A stretch of 64,000 bases of DNA. Source: the human T2T-CHM13v2.0 reference genome, Homo sapiens. The notes below the pieces were generated by a model. It did not search any database and was not told the DNA's origin. It saw nothing but the letters and a program-made list of their open reading frames with translations. Each line of letters opens with the position of its first letter. Positions within the stretch are counted from its first letter, which is position 1. The stretch lies in the NCBI RefSeq assembly GCF_009914755.1, contig NC_060945.1. One strand, written 5' to 3'. Positions 33,328-46,080 of this stretch are shown here, piece by piece. Position numbers and translations under genes: made by a program.

Positions 33328-33829
33328 AGTCTAATGGTGCTGAAGATATAAAAATCATCATTCAGGGCCTGCCAGAGAAGAGGGACCCTGGTAAATACCC
33401 CAGGCTTTCAGTTGTGATCCCAGAAGGACTGTGCCCCAGTATAAAGGAAATCAGACTTAGTCTTGACACAAGACTAAATTTTCTCAGGGATGAAAAATAC
33501 CGCACCAAAAAGTGCATACAAGACATGCAGAGCCAGCATGAAGATCTAACATAGGTATAATTGCAGTGGAGAAGAGCTGAGAGGATGGGGACAAGCAATA
33601 TTTGAAAAGATACTAAACTGGAAAGTTTCCAAAACTGATGAAAGACATCAAACCACAGAATCAAGATGCTCTGCCAACTCCAAAGAGGATAAATTATTTC
33701 TAGGAAAATCAGTAAAACTGATGAAAACCAAGACCAAAAAATATATTTTTTCTTCCCCAGCTTTATTAGGTATAACTGACAAATACAAATTGCGTATATT
33801 CAAGGTGTACAACATGATTTGATATACAC

Positions 33830-34213
33830 TAATATGGTTTGGCTCTGTGTCCCCACCCAAATCTCATCTCAAATTGTAATCCCCACATGTTGATGGAGGG
33901 GCCTGTAATCACCAGGTGTCGAGGGAGGGGGGTGATTGGATTATGAGGGCGGTTCCCCCCCATACTGTTCTCGTGATAGTGAGTGAGTCTCACAAGATCT
34001 GATGGTTTTATAAGTGTTTGCCAGTTCCTCCTTCATTCACTTTTGCTCTCCTGCCTCCTTGCAAAGAAGGTGCCTGCTTCCCCTTCCACCGTGATTGTAA
34101 ATTTCCTGAGGTCTCCCCAGCCGTGTGGAACTGTGAGCCAATTAAACCTCTTTCCTTTATAAATTACCCAGTCTCAGGCAGTTCTTTACAGCAGCATGAG
34201 AACAGACTAATAC
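33830..34213 (+). mobile_element. THE1D/MSTA-like solo LTR inside an antisense L1MA fragment
   Basis: ATATGGTTTGGCTCTGTGTCCCCACCCAAATCTCATC...GAACAGACTAATACA; TSD TACAC/CACAC. Confidence 0.88.
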
Positions 34214-34327
34214 ACACACATACACAGTGAATTTATTATCACAACCAAATTAATTAACATCAGAATTAGTTACCGTGTGTGTGTGTGTGGGTGTGTGTGA
34301 TGTGGCACTTAAAATCTACTCTCTTTA

Positions 34328-34505
34328 GTGTGGGAGGGGAGTGAGGGATGAGAAATTACCTAATAGGTACAATGTACAGTATTCAGGTGATGGTCACATT
34401 AGAATCCCAGTCGTCACCACTACACAATATCTCCATGTAACAAAACTGCACTTGTACTCTCTAAATCTATAAAAATAAAAATTCATAAAATAAGATAAAA
34501 TTCAT
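34328..34505 (+). mobile_element. Short 5'-truncated L1 (L1MA1/L1PB4-like) 3' end
   Basis: CATGTAACAAAACTGCACTTGTAC...AAAATAAAA; TSD AAAATCTACTCT. Confidence 0.8.
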
Positions 34506-34749
34506 AAAATCTACTCTTTTCACAGATTTCAAGTGAAAAATATAATATTATTAACTTTAATCACCATGCTGAACCCCCAAAAGCTTTAAAATAGCTAGAG
34601 AAAAGAAAAAACACATTACCTTTAAAGGAGCAAAAACGTAAGACCAACAACTGACTTTTCAACAAGAGCAACAGAACATGGTAACTAATTCTGATAATGG
34701 AATATAAAGATACCTATTTAATGGGGGTGGGGAGAGGAGAGGAGTATCT

Positions 34750-34945
34750 ACCTGCCACCAACATCATACTTAATGGTGAAATACTGAAAGATTTCCCCTT
34801 GAGACCAGGAATAAGGAAAGCATGTCTGCTCTCACCATTTCGATTGAAAATTGTATTGGAAGTTCTAGTCCATTGCACTAAGTCAAGAAATAAATAACAG
34901 AAAAGAAGGACTGTAAAGGATAAAATTGTAATTCTTTGCAGACAG
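34750..34945 (+). mobile_element. L1 ORF2 reverse-transcriptase fragment
   Basis: NIILNGEILKDFPLRPGIRKACLLSPFRLKIVLEVL is a decayed copy of the L1 RT motif [36 protein letters not shown]. Confidence 0.85.
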
Positions 34946-35394
34946 CATGGCATGCTCTCTGGGCTACTTGGCAGGTGTGAGCCCTTCACCCATCTCTAGT
35001 GCAGGTACCAGGAGTGTTCTGGCACAGAGATTATGATCCTTTGGGGGTCTACCCTATGTGCTGGGTTGAGGAAGCAGATGCTTGGGAAGGAGAGATGCCT
35101 GGCTTGATTTAGCTGCTTCTGGCCAGGCACAGGGCATTTGTCTAGGGGCTGGCAGGAAGGGGAGCCTGGCAGCTAGTGGAGTGCACATGGGTGCACTGAG
35201 TTGCAAAGTGGGGCCCTTCGTAATGCAAGGGTCTAGATCTTCCATGAAAGTATTATATCCTCATGCCCAAGGGAAAGTGGCATTAAATAGCAACAAACAA
35301 AAATCAAAACCACCATCACAAGTGAAGAGAGAAACTGAAGAAAGAGAAAAAAATGTGCTTCGAATTTTAGTACCTTCAATGTCACTTGTTCCTA

Positions 35395-35460
35395 CTTCTT
35401 GAACAAGGGTCTCACATTTTTATTGTGCACTGGGCCCTCCAAATGATGTAGATTGCCCTG
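35395..35460. mobile_element. hAT-Tip100 MITE terminus (MER91/MER45-like)
   Basis: TTGAACAAGGG...TGCACTGGGCCCTCCAAATGATGTAGATTGCCCTG. Confidence 0.45.
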
Positions 35461-35883
35461 CTCCCCTTTGTACCTCAAGGCATAGCTTAGAGCAGAGTTC
35501 AAAAAAGGGGAGACACAGCAGGAGTCACATAGCTGAGACCATCCTTCTGAGGCCGGAAGATCATGGAGCTGGTGAAGCCTGCTCTCCAGCCCCATGCCTC
35601 ACATGCCTGTGATGCACTCCTGAACACCTCCCTGCACTGGGCTCAGATGGAAGAAGTCTGAACAACAGATGTGCACGTCAAGGGGGTACCCTTGGAGAAC
35701 TAAACATTCTTCTTTTAATACCCTGACTTACACTTTCTCTTTGAGATACATTTTTTCATTTGTAGATAGTTTGGTATGTACATCTAAAACAGAAGGGCTC
35801 TTTCCTAAAATATGTAATTACAATATCACTGTCGATCATATTTCTCAAGGATGAAAAATACTGTACTAAAAAAATTGACACTT

Positions 35884-36227
<344 letters not shown>

Positions 36228-36239
36228 TCATGTCTTGGT

Positions 36240-36610
36240 AACATCGAGTATCCAGTCAGTCTTCACATCTCCCTGATTTTCTTATACATTTGCCTGAATT
36301 AAAATGCAAACAAGATTCCCACTTTGCATGTGGTTGATATGCCTCTCAGGTGTCTTTTCAACTATGGGTTTCCTTCCTCCCCACTCCCTTTTTTCTCCTT
36401 GCCACTCATTTGTTGAAGGAACTGGGCTGTCTTTCCGATAATTTCCCATATTCTAGACTTGCTGGTAGCATCCTATGACACTGTTTCACATATTCCTCCA
36501 TCCCTGGATTTCCTGAAAACCTGTGGTTAGGATGTCTAGTTAGGGACTGAATCAGATTCACAGCTGATGTTTTTAGCAAGACTGTTTTATAAGGGGTATG
36601 TACTCCATCA
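36240..36610 (-). mobile_element. Old L1M 3' fragment
   Basis: CATTTGTTGAAGGAACTGGG...ATTTCCCATATTCTAGACTTGCTG. Confidence 0.55.
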
Positions 36611-38272
36611 GGAGGCAAGTGAGATCTCCAAATCACTCTGGAGAAACCTCCTTCTCTCTCTTCCCTTCTCCCTACGTGCCTCTCTTCCTCCCTTCCTCTC
36701 TCTGTTAGCAGTCGTTGATGATAAGCTGATCATTGCTAAGTTCTATAATCCCAACAAAGGTTTACAAAATGCTTTATCCTCATTCTATCCACCCTTCTTT
36801 TATGCTTCCATTAGAATATTTCCATAGGGACAAATTTTCCCTTGTTAACTATCTATTTAGCTATAGACATAATTCCAATGTTATATTTGCAGCATTTCAT
36901 ACGTGTTCTCCCTGGAACTTTATTCCCTACTAGGGTATAAAGAGGAAAACTGAGCAAAAACAAGGAGCCCCTGTGGATACCTATTTCCTTAATTCAAGTA
37001 ACTGATATTCCACCTATATATCTTTCAACTCAGAATATGTAGGGCCATGCAAGTATTTTGTTTATTTCATGGTTATTCCTGTAGCCTTTTGGCATTTGAC
37101 ATTGTAAGTCACAATCATGATTAATACATGAGCTCTGGGAAACTTTGATTGATAGATCACTAATATTTTTAAGGAGTAGCTCACAATTACCAGACTGCAC
37201 TCAAAACAGCAGAAATTCTCTCCAAGAAAATGTGTAAATAGCTAGTTTCTACAGGAGAGGAAACCTCTCTGAGTTTGTCACCTTCAGCTTTGGTTCACAC
37301 TCCACCTGACCCATTTAATTATACAAGGGCATCAGTCATTGAAAGCTAAAATTAACAGTTCATGACTTTTGCCAGAGAGCTCTGATATCTCCAGTGGAAA
37401 TTTTCCATACTGCTCTTGTGACAGACTGACATCCACTGATGTTGCCACAGAGAAACAAAAAATAAGAAATGAGGTTTTTGCCTTGGTTTTTCAGTAATTG
37501 CCACATGGACAGCCTGCCTGGTCTTGGTGACAACCCCACTTTGGTCACATTCACATAACACATAGTTTTTAGTCATTGACTGTGGGCCTGGTGCTGAGAG
37601 TAAAGAAGTGCACAAGACAAAGAGCCTGTGCCCAGAGCCAGGAGAGCTGGCCTCCTACACCAGCCCCAGCACTCACTGGCCACATGGGTTCAGGCCAAGT
37701 CTTGAAAATCACATAGATTCGAGGCATTGGAAGAGTTCCCAGGGAAAGAGGCACTCCACACCAAGTCAGGAAGAGCCAGATTAAATTCCCAGCTCCCTCC
37801 CTTACCATCTGTGTGGCATGAGCCTGAGGTCACTTAGAAATGGTCAGAAAGGAAGAAGCAGATGAAATGGGAGAGTGCAAGGAAGATCCAGGGGAAACCA
37901 CATAGCTATCGTTTCTTCTTTAATCAGGGTGTAACATTCATATAGTAAAATGTAATAACATGCACCAATCTTAAGCACACAACATAAGGAACTCTTCACA
38001 TGAATCCCATATAACCACCACCCAGATCAAGATATAGAACATTTCCAGCACCCACAGTAGACAGACATTTTAATGTGAAAATACCAAAAGTTGAATCCCA
38101 CAACTTCTATTATGTTACCACAATCAGTCCTGCCTCACTCCAGTGCCAACTCCTTACCAGTGGAGATGGGTTTACAGTTCCTTGTTCTACCCTCCTGGTG
38201 ACCAAGAGCACCACTTACAGACTAGCCTACTGATCTGGGGTTACAGATGGAGCCTATAGATCTGTCTTAGAC

Positions 38273-38594
<322 letters not shown>

Positions 38595-38769
38595 TGGCTT
38601 AGACTTCTAATGTATAATGAGTTAACTGGCCAGTGCTGCACTGGCAAAATATACAAAATATTGTCCCCTTCTTATTTTACTAGCTAACCAGCCCAGATTT
38701 TCTTTATATTACAAAGTGTACTAAATATCATAAAATTACTACATGGGCAATAAAAGTTGCGGGGATGTA

Positions 38770-39227
38770 ACAGCATCCTTCTTAATAGCCAACTGGTGGG
38801 AACCACTCAAAAGTCCATCAACAGATGAATGGATAAACAAAATGTGGTTTATCTATACAATGGAATATTATTTAGCCATAAAAAGGAATGAAATTCTAAT
38901 ATACGCTACAACATGGATGGACCTTGAAAAACCTTATACTGAGTGAAAGAAACCAGACACAAAAGACCACATACTATTCTATATATTTCCATTCATACAC
39001 ACATCCAGAACAGGTAACTCTGTAGAGACAGAAAGTAGATTAGTGATTGCTTGGACCTGGTGTTCAGGGTGGAGGGATAGGAGGTTAATAGCTAAAGGGT
39101 ATGGGGTTTGTTTTAGAACATTTTGATAAAATGTTCTAAAATTATAATGTTGTTTGCACCTATTTGCGAATATACTACAAGCCATTAAATTGTACACTTT
39201 AAATGGGTGAGTTGTATGGTATGTGAT
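38770..39227 (+). mobile_element. L1MB-like 3' end (last bases resume at ~40292-40325)
   Basis: GTCCATCAACAGATGAATGGATAAACAAAATGTGG...GTACACTTTAAATGGGTGA; TTATATCTCAATAAAGC after the insertion. Confidence 0.85.
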
Positions 39228-39305
39228 TGCTATGGTTTGAATGTCTGTCGCCTCCAAAACTCCTGGTGAAACTTAGTCCCCATTGTAACAGTATTAAGAG
39301 TTGGG

Positions 39306-39930
39306 GCCGGGCCAAGTGCAGTGGCTCATGCCTATAATCCCAGCAATTTGGGAGGCTGAGGCAGGCGGACCGCTTGAGCTCAGGAATTTGAGAGCAATCT
39401 GGGTGACACGTCAAAACTTCATCTCTACAAAAAATACAAAAATTAGTTGGGCATGGTGGTTTGCACCTGTAGTCCCAGCTACTTGGGAAGCTGAGGCAGG
39501 AGGATCACCTGAGCCTGGGAGGCAAAGCTGCAGTGAACCAAGCCACACCACTGCATTCCAGCTTGGGCAACAAGAGGGAGATCCTGTCTCAAAAAAAAAA
39601 AAAAAAAAAGGCTGGGCACCCATGGCTCATGCTTGAACTCCCAGCACTTTGGGAGACCAAGGTGGGTGGATCACTTGAGGCCAGGAATTCAAGACCAGCC
39701 TGGCCAACTGGTCTCTATAAGTAGAAATCCCGTCTCTACTAAAAGTGCAAAAATTAGCTGGGCATGATGGTGGGCTCCTGTAATCCCAGCCAGTCAGCAG
39801 GCTGAGGCAGTAGAATTGCTTGAACCCGGGAGGTGGAGGTTGCAGAGATACAGTGAGCTGACATCGCACCACTGCACTCCAGCCTGCGCAACAGAGTGAA
39901 ACTTTGTCTCAAAAAAATAAAATAAAATGA
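39306..39930 (+). mobile_element. Two tandem Alus (39306-39609 AluJ-like; 39610-39930 AluS-like)
   Basis: Two consecutive dimers with A-tails. Confidence 0.9.
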
Positions 39931-39934
39931 AATG

Positions 39935-40150
39935 AAGGTCACAAACACCGAGGAAAAAGCCAAGTGAACATAAAGGCAGACCGGAATAATCCAGCCACAA
40001 GCCAAGGAGTGCCTGGGGCCACCAGGAGCCGGAAGAGGCAGGAAGGACCCTTTTCTAGGGCCTTCGGAGGAAGGGCAGCCCTGCTGATACATTGATTTCA
40101 GACTTTTGGCTGGTCTGAACGGTGAGAAGAAATTTTTGTTGTTTCAAGCC
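39935..40150 (+). mobile_element. MLT1B/C-like LTR 3' half
   Basis: CAGCCACAAGCCAAGGAGTGCCTGGGGCCACCAGGAGCCGGAAGAGGCAGGAAGG...TTGATTTCAGACTT. Confidence 0.8.
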
Positions 40151-40243
40151 AGGAGGCGGCGATTGCAGTGAGCCAAGATCGTACCACTGCACTCCATCCT
40201 GGGTGACAGAGCAAGACTCTGTCTCAAATAAATAAATAAATAA
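40149..40243 (+). mobile_element. Alu right-arm 3' fragment with (AAAT)n tail
   Basis: CCAGGAGGCGG...TGCAGTGAGCCAAGATCG...GTCTCAAATAAATAAAT. Confidence 0.88.
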
Positions 40244-41229
40244 ATTACTCAGTCCCAGGTATTCAGCTATAGCAACAGAAACGGGCTAAGACCATGATTA
40301 TATCTCAATAAAGCCATATTTAAGAAAAGAAAACAAGGGAGCAATACAAAGTAAATTGAACTGTAACTTAAGGTGTTATTACCCAAAGATACTCACGATC
40401 AGCATTGTGAGGAAGATCCCTCTGGTACTTTTCTACCTGTAATTTCGTTGTTATTTTACTTAATCATCATCATACAATACATAGAGTTTTATAGGACTGG
40501 AATGATTTCTAAGGTATAACAGTCAGATTTAGGTGCCAACACCAGAAATTTATTGAGCTATTTCAAGCACAAAGAGATTTAACAGAAGGACTCTTTGGTG
40601 TTTACGAAACTGTTAAAAAGACTGGGTAGAGACTCTCGACTGGCTTCCCAGGAATGGATCACACGCGGAACTGGCCAGCCAAGGCAGCTGTTAGCACTGC
40701 CACAGCCAATAATAGCATCAGGAAGCTGCCACTGTGACTGGTGAATCCAGCAACGGCCTTGTTAGCTGTGATTGAGGGATCTGAAAACCACCACTGGAAC
40801 TGCCGGCTTCAGAGCCTTGCCACTGGCACCTCTGCTAATGCTGCCAGGCACACACATATCCAGAAAAAGCATTCACTGATTGTGCTTACAGCAGAAACCA
40901 CAATGGCAGCCAAAGTGTGGCGGCCACTTTACTTCTCGAATAAATGCATCCAATTGGTCACACCTAATTGATATCAAGAACCTTAGCTGCAAGGGAGGCC
41001 GGAAAATACAATTATATATAGAAAGGTATTTACCAAACCATGTTAGAAGCTTTTAAACTATTTTAAAATAGCTACATAACTTTTCATTAAATATACATAC
41101 ATAGATATATATATATGCATTTAATTAATCAACCCCCCCACCTATTTAGGATACTTTGTTTCCAGAGTTTTATATTATGAATATTAAGAATCCAACATTT
41201 AATATTATAAATAATATAACGATACTGCC

Positions 41230-41450
41230 AATAATAACAACTACAGCTTATTTAATACTTCCTTCTTCCAGGCAGTGTGCTAGGTAGGCCCTTTTATATT
41301 CATTATATTTGTCAATCATTTTTTAGTTAAGACTCAACAACCTGCTTATGGGGTAACTATTAATCCCATTGTACACATAACAAAACTGAGGGTTAAAGAG
41401 AAGTCAGAGCTAGATTTAAGACCAAAGCTTGCATCTTTAACCAATATGCA
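41230..41450 (-). mobile_element. MIR (diverged)
   Basis: CCAGGCAGTGTGCTAGG...CCCATTGTACACATAACAAAACTGAGG. Confidence 0.65.
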
Positions 41451-42351
41451 AATACTCATGCAAAAAGACTTTTTTGGTCTTAGAAATGATCTCCACTGGA
41501 CAAATAACCAGAAATAGAATTACATACTGTTCAAGAGCTGTGAATGCTTCTAAATCCCTTGAGATACATGAATGAGCAGGCCAGATTCTCAGTTAACGTC
41601 ACTGTCAGGACTGTGAACACCTGCATGGCAGGAGCTCCCTTTTATCACTTGAAGGCCTGGCTCAGCGACTGGCACACTGTGGCCACTCCGTGGGTGTTTC
41701 CGTGAGTAACAGTGGGTGTGCAGGCAGAAGTGCATGAAGGCACTCCAGTCCAAAGAACTGCATTCCTTTTGCAGCACAAAGCACGAGCTGTATCTAGGCT
41801 AGTCCAGCTCTAGACCACACATGAAAGTGAGTGCCTGAAACATGCAACCCTCTATCTGCTTTAGCCACCTTCACGCACCAGCTAAGTCATCGCACTTTCC
41901 ATGACCATGTTGCCTGTGAAGAGAATGAACATGGTCTGATAAATCAGGCATCCAAGCAACTGTGCACAAGACTGCAGATTGCATCCATTGCTTTAGGTAG
42001 GTCAATGGGAGCAATTTTTAGCAAGTGCAACTGTGTCACTTTGGATTATTTAATAAGTTAACTGTCCTATTTAATACTGATTCTCTAAATCAATATTAGC
42101 GACTCATATGTATTGTCACAGTCCACCAATGCCCAGACAAGTTAGACTGTGAGCCCGAGGACTTCAGAAGATGCATTAACCACTGCAGGCCACCAAATAG
42201 CCTTCCTAAGCCTTGCCCTACTTCTCTACCAGGAAGGGGTTTATACTCACACAACTACCAGCTGAAGGGATTGGTATTGCTAATACCTTGGGACCTCCGT
42301 GTACTGCTTTTTCCTACAGAGCAAAGTGTAGAGGCAAAATGATTGCTCTTG

Positions 42352-42666
42352 GGGCCAGGCATGGTTGCTCACACCTGTAATCCCAGTACTTTGGGAGGCT
42401 GAGGTGGGGGGCGGGTGGATCACCTGAAGTCAGGAGTTAGAGACCAGCCTGGCCAACATAGTGAAACCCCGTCTCTACCAAAAATACAAAAATTAGCCTG
42501 GCGTGGTGGTGCACACCTGTAGTCCCATCTACTCTCTACTCGGGAGGCTGAGGCACGAGAACCACTTGAACCCAGGAGATGGAGGTTGCATGAACCAAGA
42601 TCATACCACTACACTCCATTCAGGTATCACAGCAAGACTCTGTCTCCAAAAAAAAAAAAAAAAAAA
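42352..42666 (+). mobile_element. Alu (AluS-like); last Alu before the SIM2 island domain
   Basis: TSD AATGATTGCTCTTGGG. Confidence 0.92.
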
Positions 42667-44859
42667 GAATGATTGCTCTTGGGAATTTCACCACTAAGAT
42701 GCCAAAAAACCATGGCACATCAGCTGGCCTATAATGAGGTGGGTCTACGTTCCAGTGAATTTATTCCATCTTTCAGACTATATCACGTGGAATTTTCTTA
42801 TAGTCTTTCTCCCCCTTTAAAACAATCCTAAGGTTATTAAAGATACTCCTTTCAGTACTGCCTTCCCCACCCCTTGGGCTACACTATTCAGCTGTTTTTT
42901 AAAGAACAGAATTGTAACTTGCATTATCAATAGAGAACATTCCTGGAGAAAACACAGATGTTTTCTGGCTCGTGTCACACAGGCGGTTCTGAAATCTACG
43001 AAGTTATATGAGGACTTCCTGGCACCGTGAGAGGAAGGTTGGGAGGCAGTATTACTCAGCCAGACCAAAATGATTTTATTTATTCCACATGCCTAAAAAT
43101 ATGTTTGAACATAATGTGCCATAATTTTTCTGGTGATTTCTATGAATCAGTTTTTAATTATGAATAATGTTTTTAGAGATACTCCTGAGAAATTGTACCC
43201 AAGTTTCCCTTGACAGCCATCACATAAAGTATCTAAAATGAAGCAGCTTCCACGGCTAACACAGAAAATCAAAGCATGAATTTCTAAAAGATCCATTAGT
43301 CATCTTTGCTGAGAACAAGAGTCTCACGATTCGCACATGCAAAGGGTGGCTGAGAAATTCAGGTCAACAAACATAACTAGAAAAAGACGGTTACTGTCAA
43401 ATAATTGTTCAAAGGAGTTTTGTACAAATATAAATTTTGTAACTTCACTTGGAGCCTTTTTTCTTTTCTTCTAGTTAGGAATTTTCTCTGTGTTTGAATT
43501 ATTGCCTTTCTAATCCTCAGCTGACGTTTTGCAGCTTTTAAGGGATCGCTGTGGCTACAGCAGGAAACGTTCCTGCTCCATGGCCCAACGCAGGCCACTC
43601 AGAAATTAAAATGTTTGTGCAAGATAATGAGTATGAATTTCCATTTCTGGGATTTACTTTTAGAAAATCCAGCTACTGAAACTCAATCAAGGAGGGTCCA
43701 AGTGACACCCTGTCAAAGAACAGATGGGTGGGGTCAGCTCTGGAATTCAAGTACTTTTCGCAGGTGTATCTCTCCTGGAAACCACTTTCCTGCATTTGTC
43801 AGAGCTCACAGCTTCTGCGAAAATGTCGGCTAGGGATCAGGCTAAACAGAAGTACAAATAACTCAAGTAGCTTTCAGTGGAGCACCCTTAATGTTGCTTA
43901 AACAGGGAGGTATTTTCTGGTCAATTACCTTAAGTAGACTCCAGTAAACGCGAAAATTATTTTTGCATGAGTAACAACAGCGCTTATCTTTTTCCTTCCC
44001 CGGCTCCCAACTATCCAGGAATAAAGCAAATTCACACAGGAGTATTCCAGGACTCACAACCTTGTTTAGATTGTTTAAAAGGAATTGGAGGCTGTGGCTT
44101 TCCATCCAGTGTCGAGAGCTCCCGAGCAAGTTGAACGTGGCGCCGGCTGCTTAGCCAGAGGAAGCCAGCGTCTACCTGTGTCACTGAACGGCGCTCCTCC
44201 CACGGCGACACCTCCGTGCTCTTTTTGCTTGTATTTATTCAAAAATTAGATTTGTCAATAACGCAGGGCCTGGCAAATAGGAGGACCTCTCCAAAATTAA
44301 ATGCAAGATTGAACATAGGTCTCTCACATCATAATAAAGCGGTTTAATTTGGCTTCCACCGGGGGAGCGGAATAGCACTTGCCCAGCCCCTTTGAGCCCT
44401 GCGCACACTCGCACCACCGCCGCCTCTCCCACAAAGAGAAAAGCCACGAGAAGGGTCCCGACTGTGCAAATCTGTGTGCCCTCCCGAGGAAGGCGCCCGA
44501 GGGCTCACTCTGCCTGGTTCAAAAGCTTGTGGGAGAGAAGCACCCAAAAGAATTCCGTTGTCAGGTTAAAGTCTTTGTCTATACTCGCAGGATGGGAAGG
44601 ACGATGGTGCAATCACCGAGATTATTTTGTTTTCGTCCTCTAAAAAATGAAGAGGGGACTGGAGTCGGGACCAAAATTATTGGCAGACCGCACGGTTTGC
44701 AGTCACCCTGAAGTTACCAGCAGCCGATGCTGTGTCCAGGGAAAATATTCTTGAGCTGGAAAACGTGCTAATTTAAAGTCTTTCGTTTCACACGAAAATG
44801 TGCTGCACTCTTTGACTGCTCAGGAATTTGCTCTAGCACCTAGAAGGAATTCTGGCTTA

Positions 44860-46080
44860 GGGCAGGGGCGAGGGACAGTGGAGGGCGTTGGACCTTCTTC
44901 CGCAATCGGGACCACTCCAGGTCTCCCCGGAGAAGGCTGAGTCTCCAGCGCGTGGATTCAGATCAGGACTCTGTCTAAGTAGGCGAGAGCTGGGGATACC
45001 GCTGGGGGCTTTGGCGAAGCTAAGAAAGCACTGGCTTCTTATTCTCACCAGACATCTCAACACCCACGTGCGCTGGGTCCCGCAGTCTCTCGCCCGCCCC
45101 ACGCGGGTCCGAGCCCTGGTCCTTACTCCCCGCGCGGGAAGAATCTGGGGAGGGTGGGGGCGGAGAGGCGGCTGATCGGAGAGTGGGAGGGAGGATGGGA
45201 GATGGGCAGAGGCTGCCCGCATCAGGGCCAGGACAGACGTCCGCGCGGCCCCAGGCACTCACTTGAGTGTCACGCAAGTCACCCCAACACCGCACAAGAC
45301 AGTGGCGGGGTGCGCACCGAGGCCCCTACCTGGGGGGTGTGCGCGCACTGAACGACCCCTTCTCCAGGTGCGCGAGCCGCTCCGGCGGCCGTGCACACTG
45401 CGCCCCCTTCCGCCCACCTGCCTGGCCTGCGTTTCTAACCACGCGGGCGGTCCCGAGACTTCGCGCAAAAGGCAGGACCGCGACTCCCAATAATGATATC
45501 TTCGAAATAACCCCCTGCTGAGCCGGCGCCCAGGGCCGGGGGTAGAGTCCCGAGTCCCTTTTGCGGAATTAAGGAGACCTCTGGCGACCGGGGAGCCTGC
45601 CCCTGTGACCGCTCCAGCAGCCCCTGCCGCGTGCGTGCCCGAGTGTGGCCCGCAGCTCCCAAAGCCCAGGTGTGTGTGGCCTAGGGCGGGGAGAGTTGGC
45701 GACCCGGGCCCATCACCGCCCCAGTGCCACCGCCCCAGTGCCTGACCAGATGGGGTGCGGTCCCTACGCCCGGCGTGGCCCCGCCGCCGCTCAGATCTGA
45801 AGTCCGGCTTTCGCTCGCCCTGCGCGGCGGAACCTCTGACCCGGAGCAGCTCTAGGCCGTGGGCTTCGTCTCCTCCTCCTGGAAGGAATGAATGGGCTCC
45901 CCGACACACACCTCTCAGAAAACTCACCTTTCACGCTGACCTTCAAAAGAAAAGAAAGAAAGAAAAAGAAAAATCCGCTCGAAGCGGGAAAATGTCCACG
46001 CCCGGATTTGGGGTGGACACGCGCCCCGGCCTGGCTGGAGGGGCCAACCCAGCGGGGCCCGCCTGCCCGCCGGCCTTTCT
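44860..46080. promoter_or_regulatory. CpG island upstream of SIM2
   Basis: GC-rich, CpG-dense, repeat-free; boundaries estimated by eye. Confidence 0.8.

Larger units (their letters stand above)
39228..40291 (+). mobile_element. MST-type LTR termini enclosing Alu and MLT1 pieces
   Basis: 5' TGCTATGGTTTGAATGTC...GTATTAAGAG; 3' AAATTACTCAGTCCCAGGTATTC...GGGCTAAGAC; flanks GTGAT/ATGAT. Confidence 0.7.
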
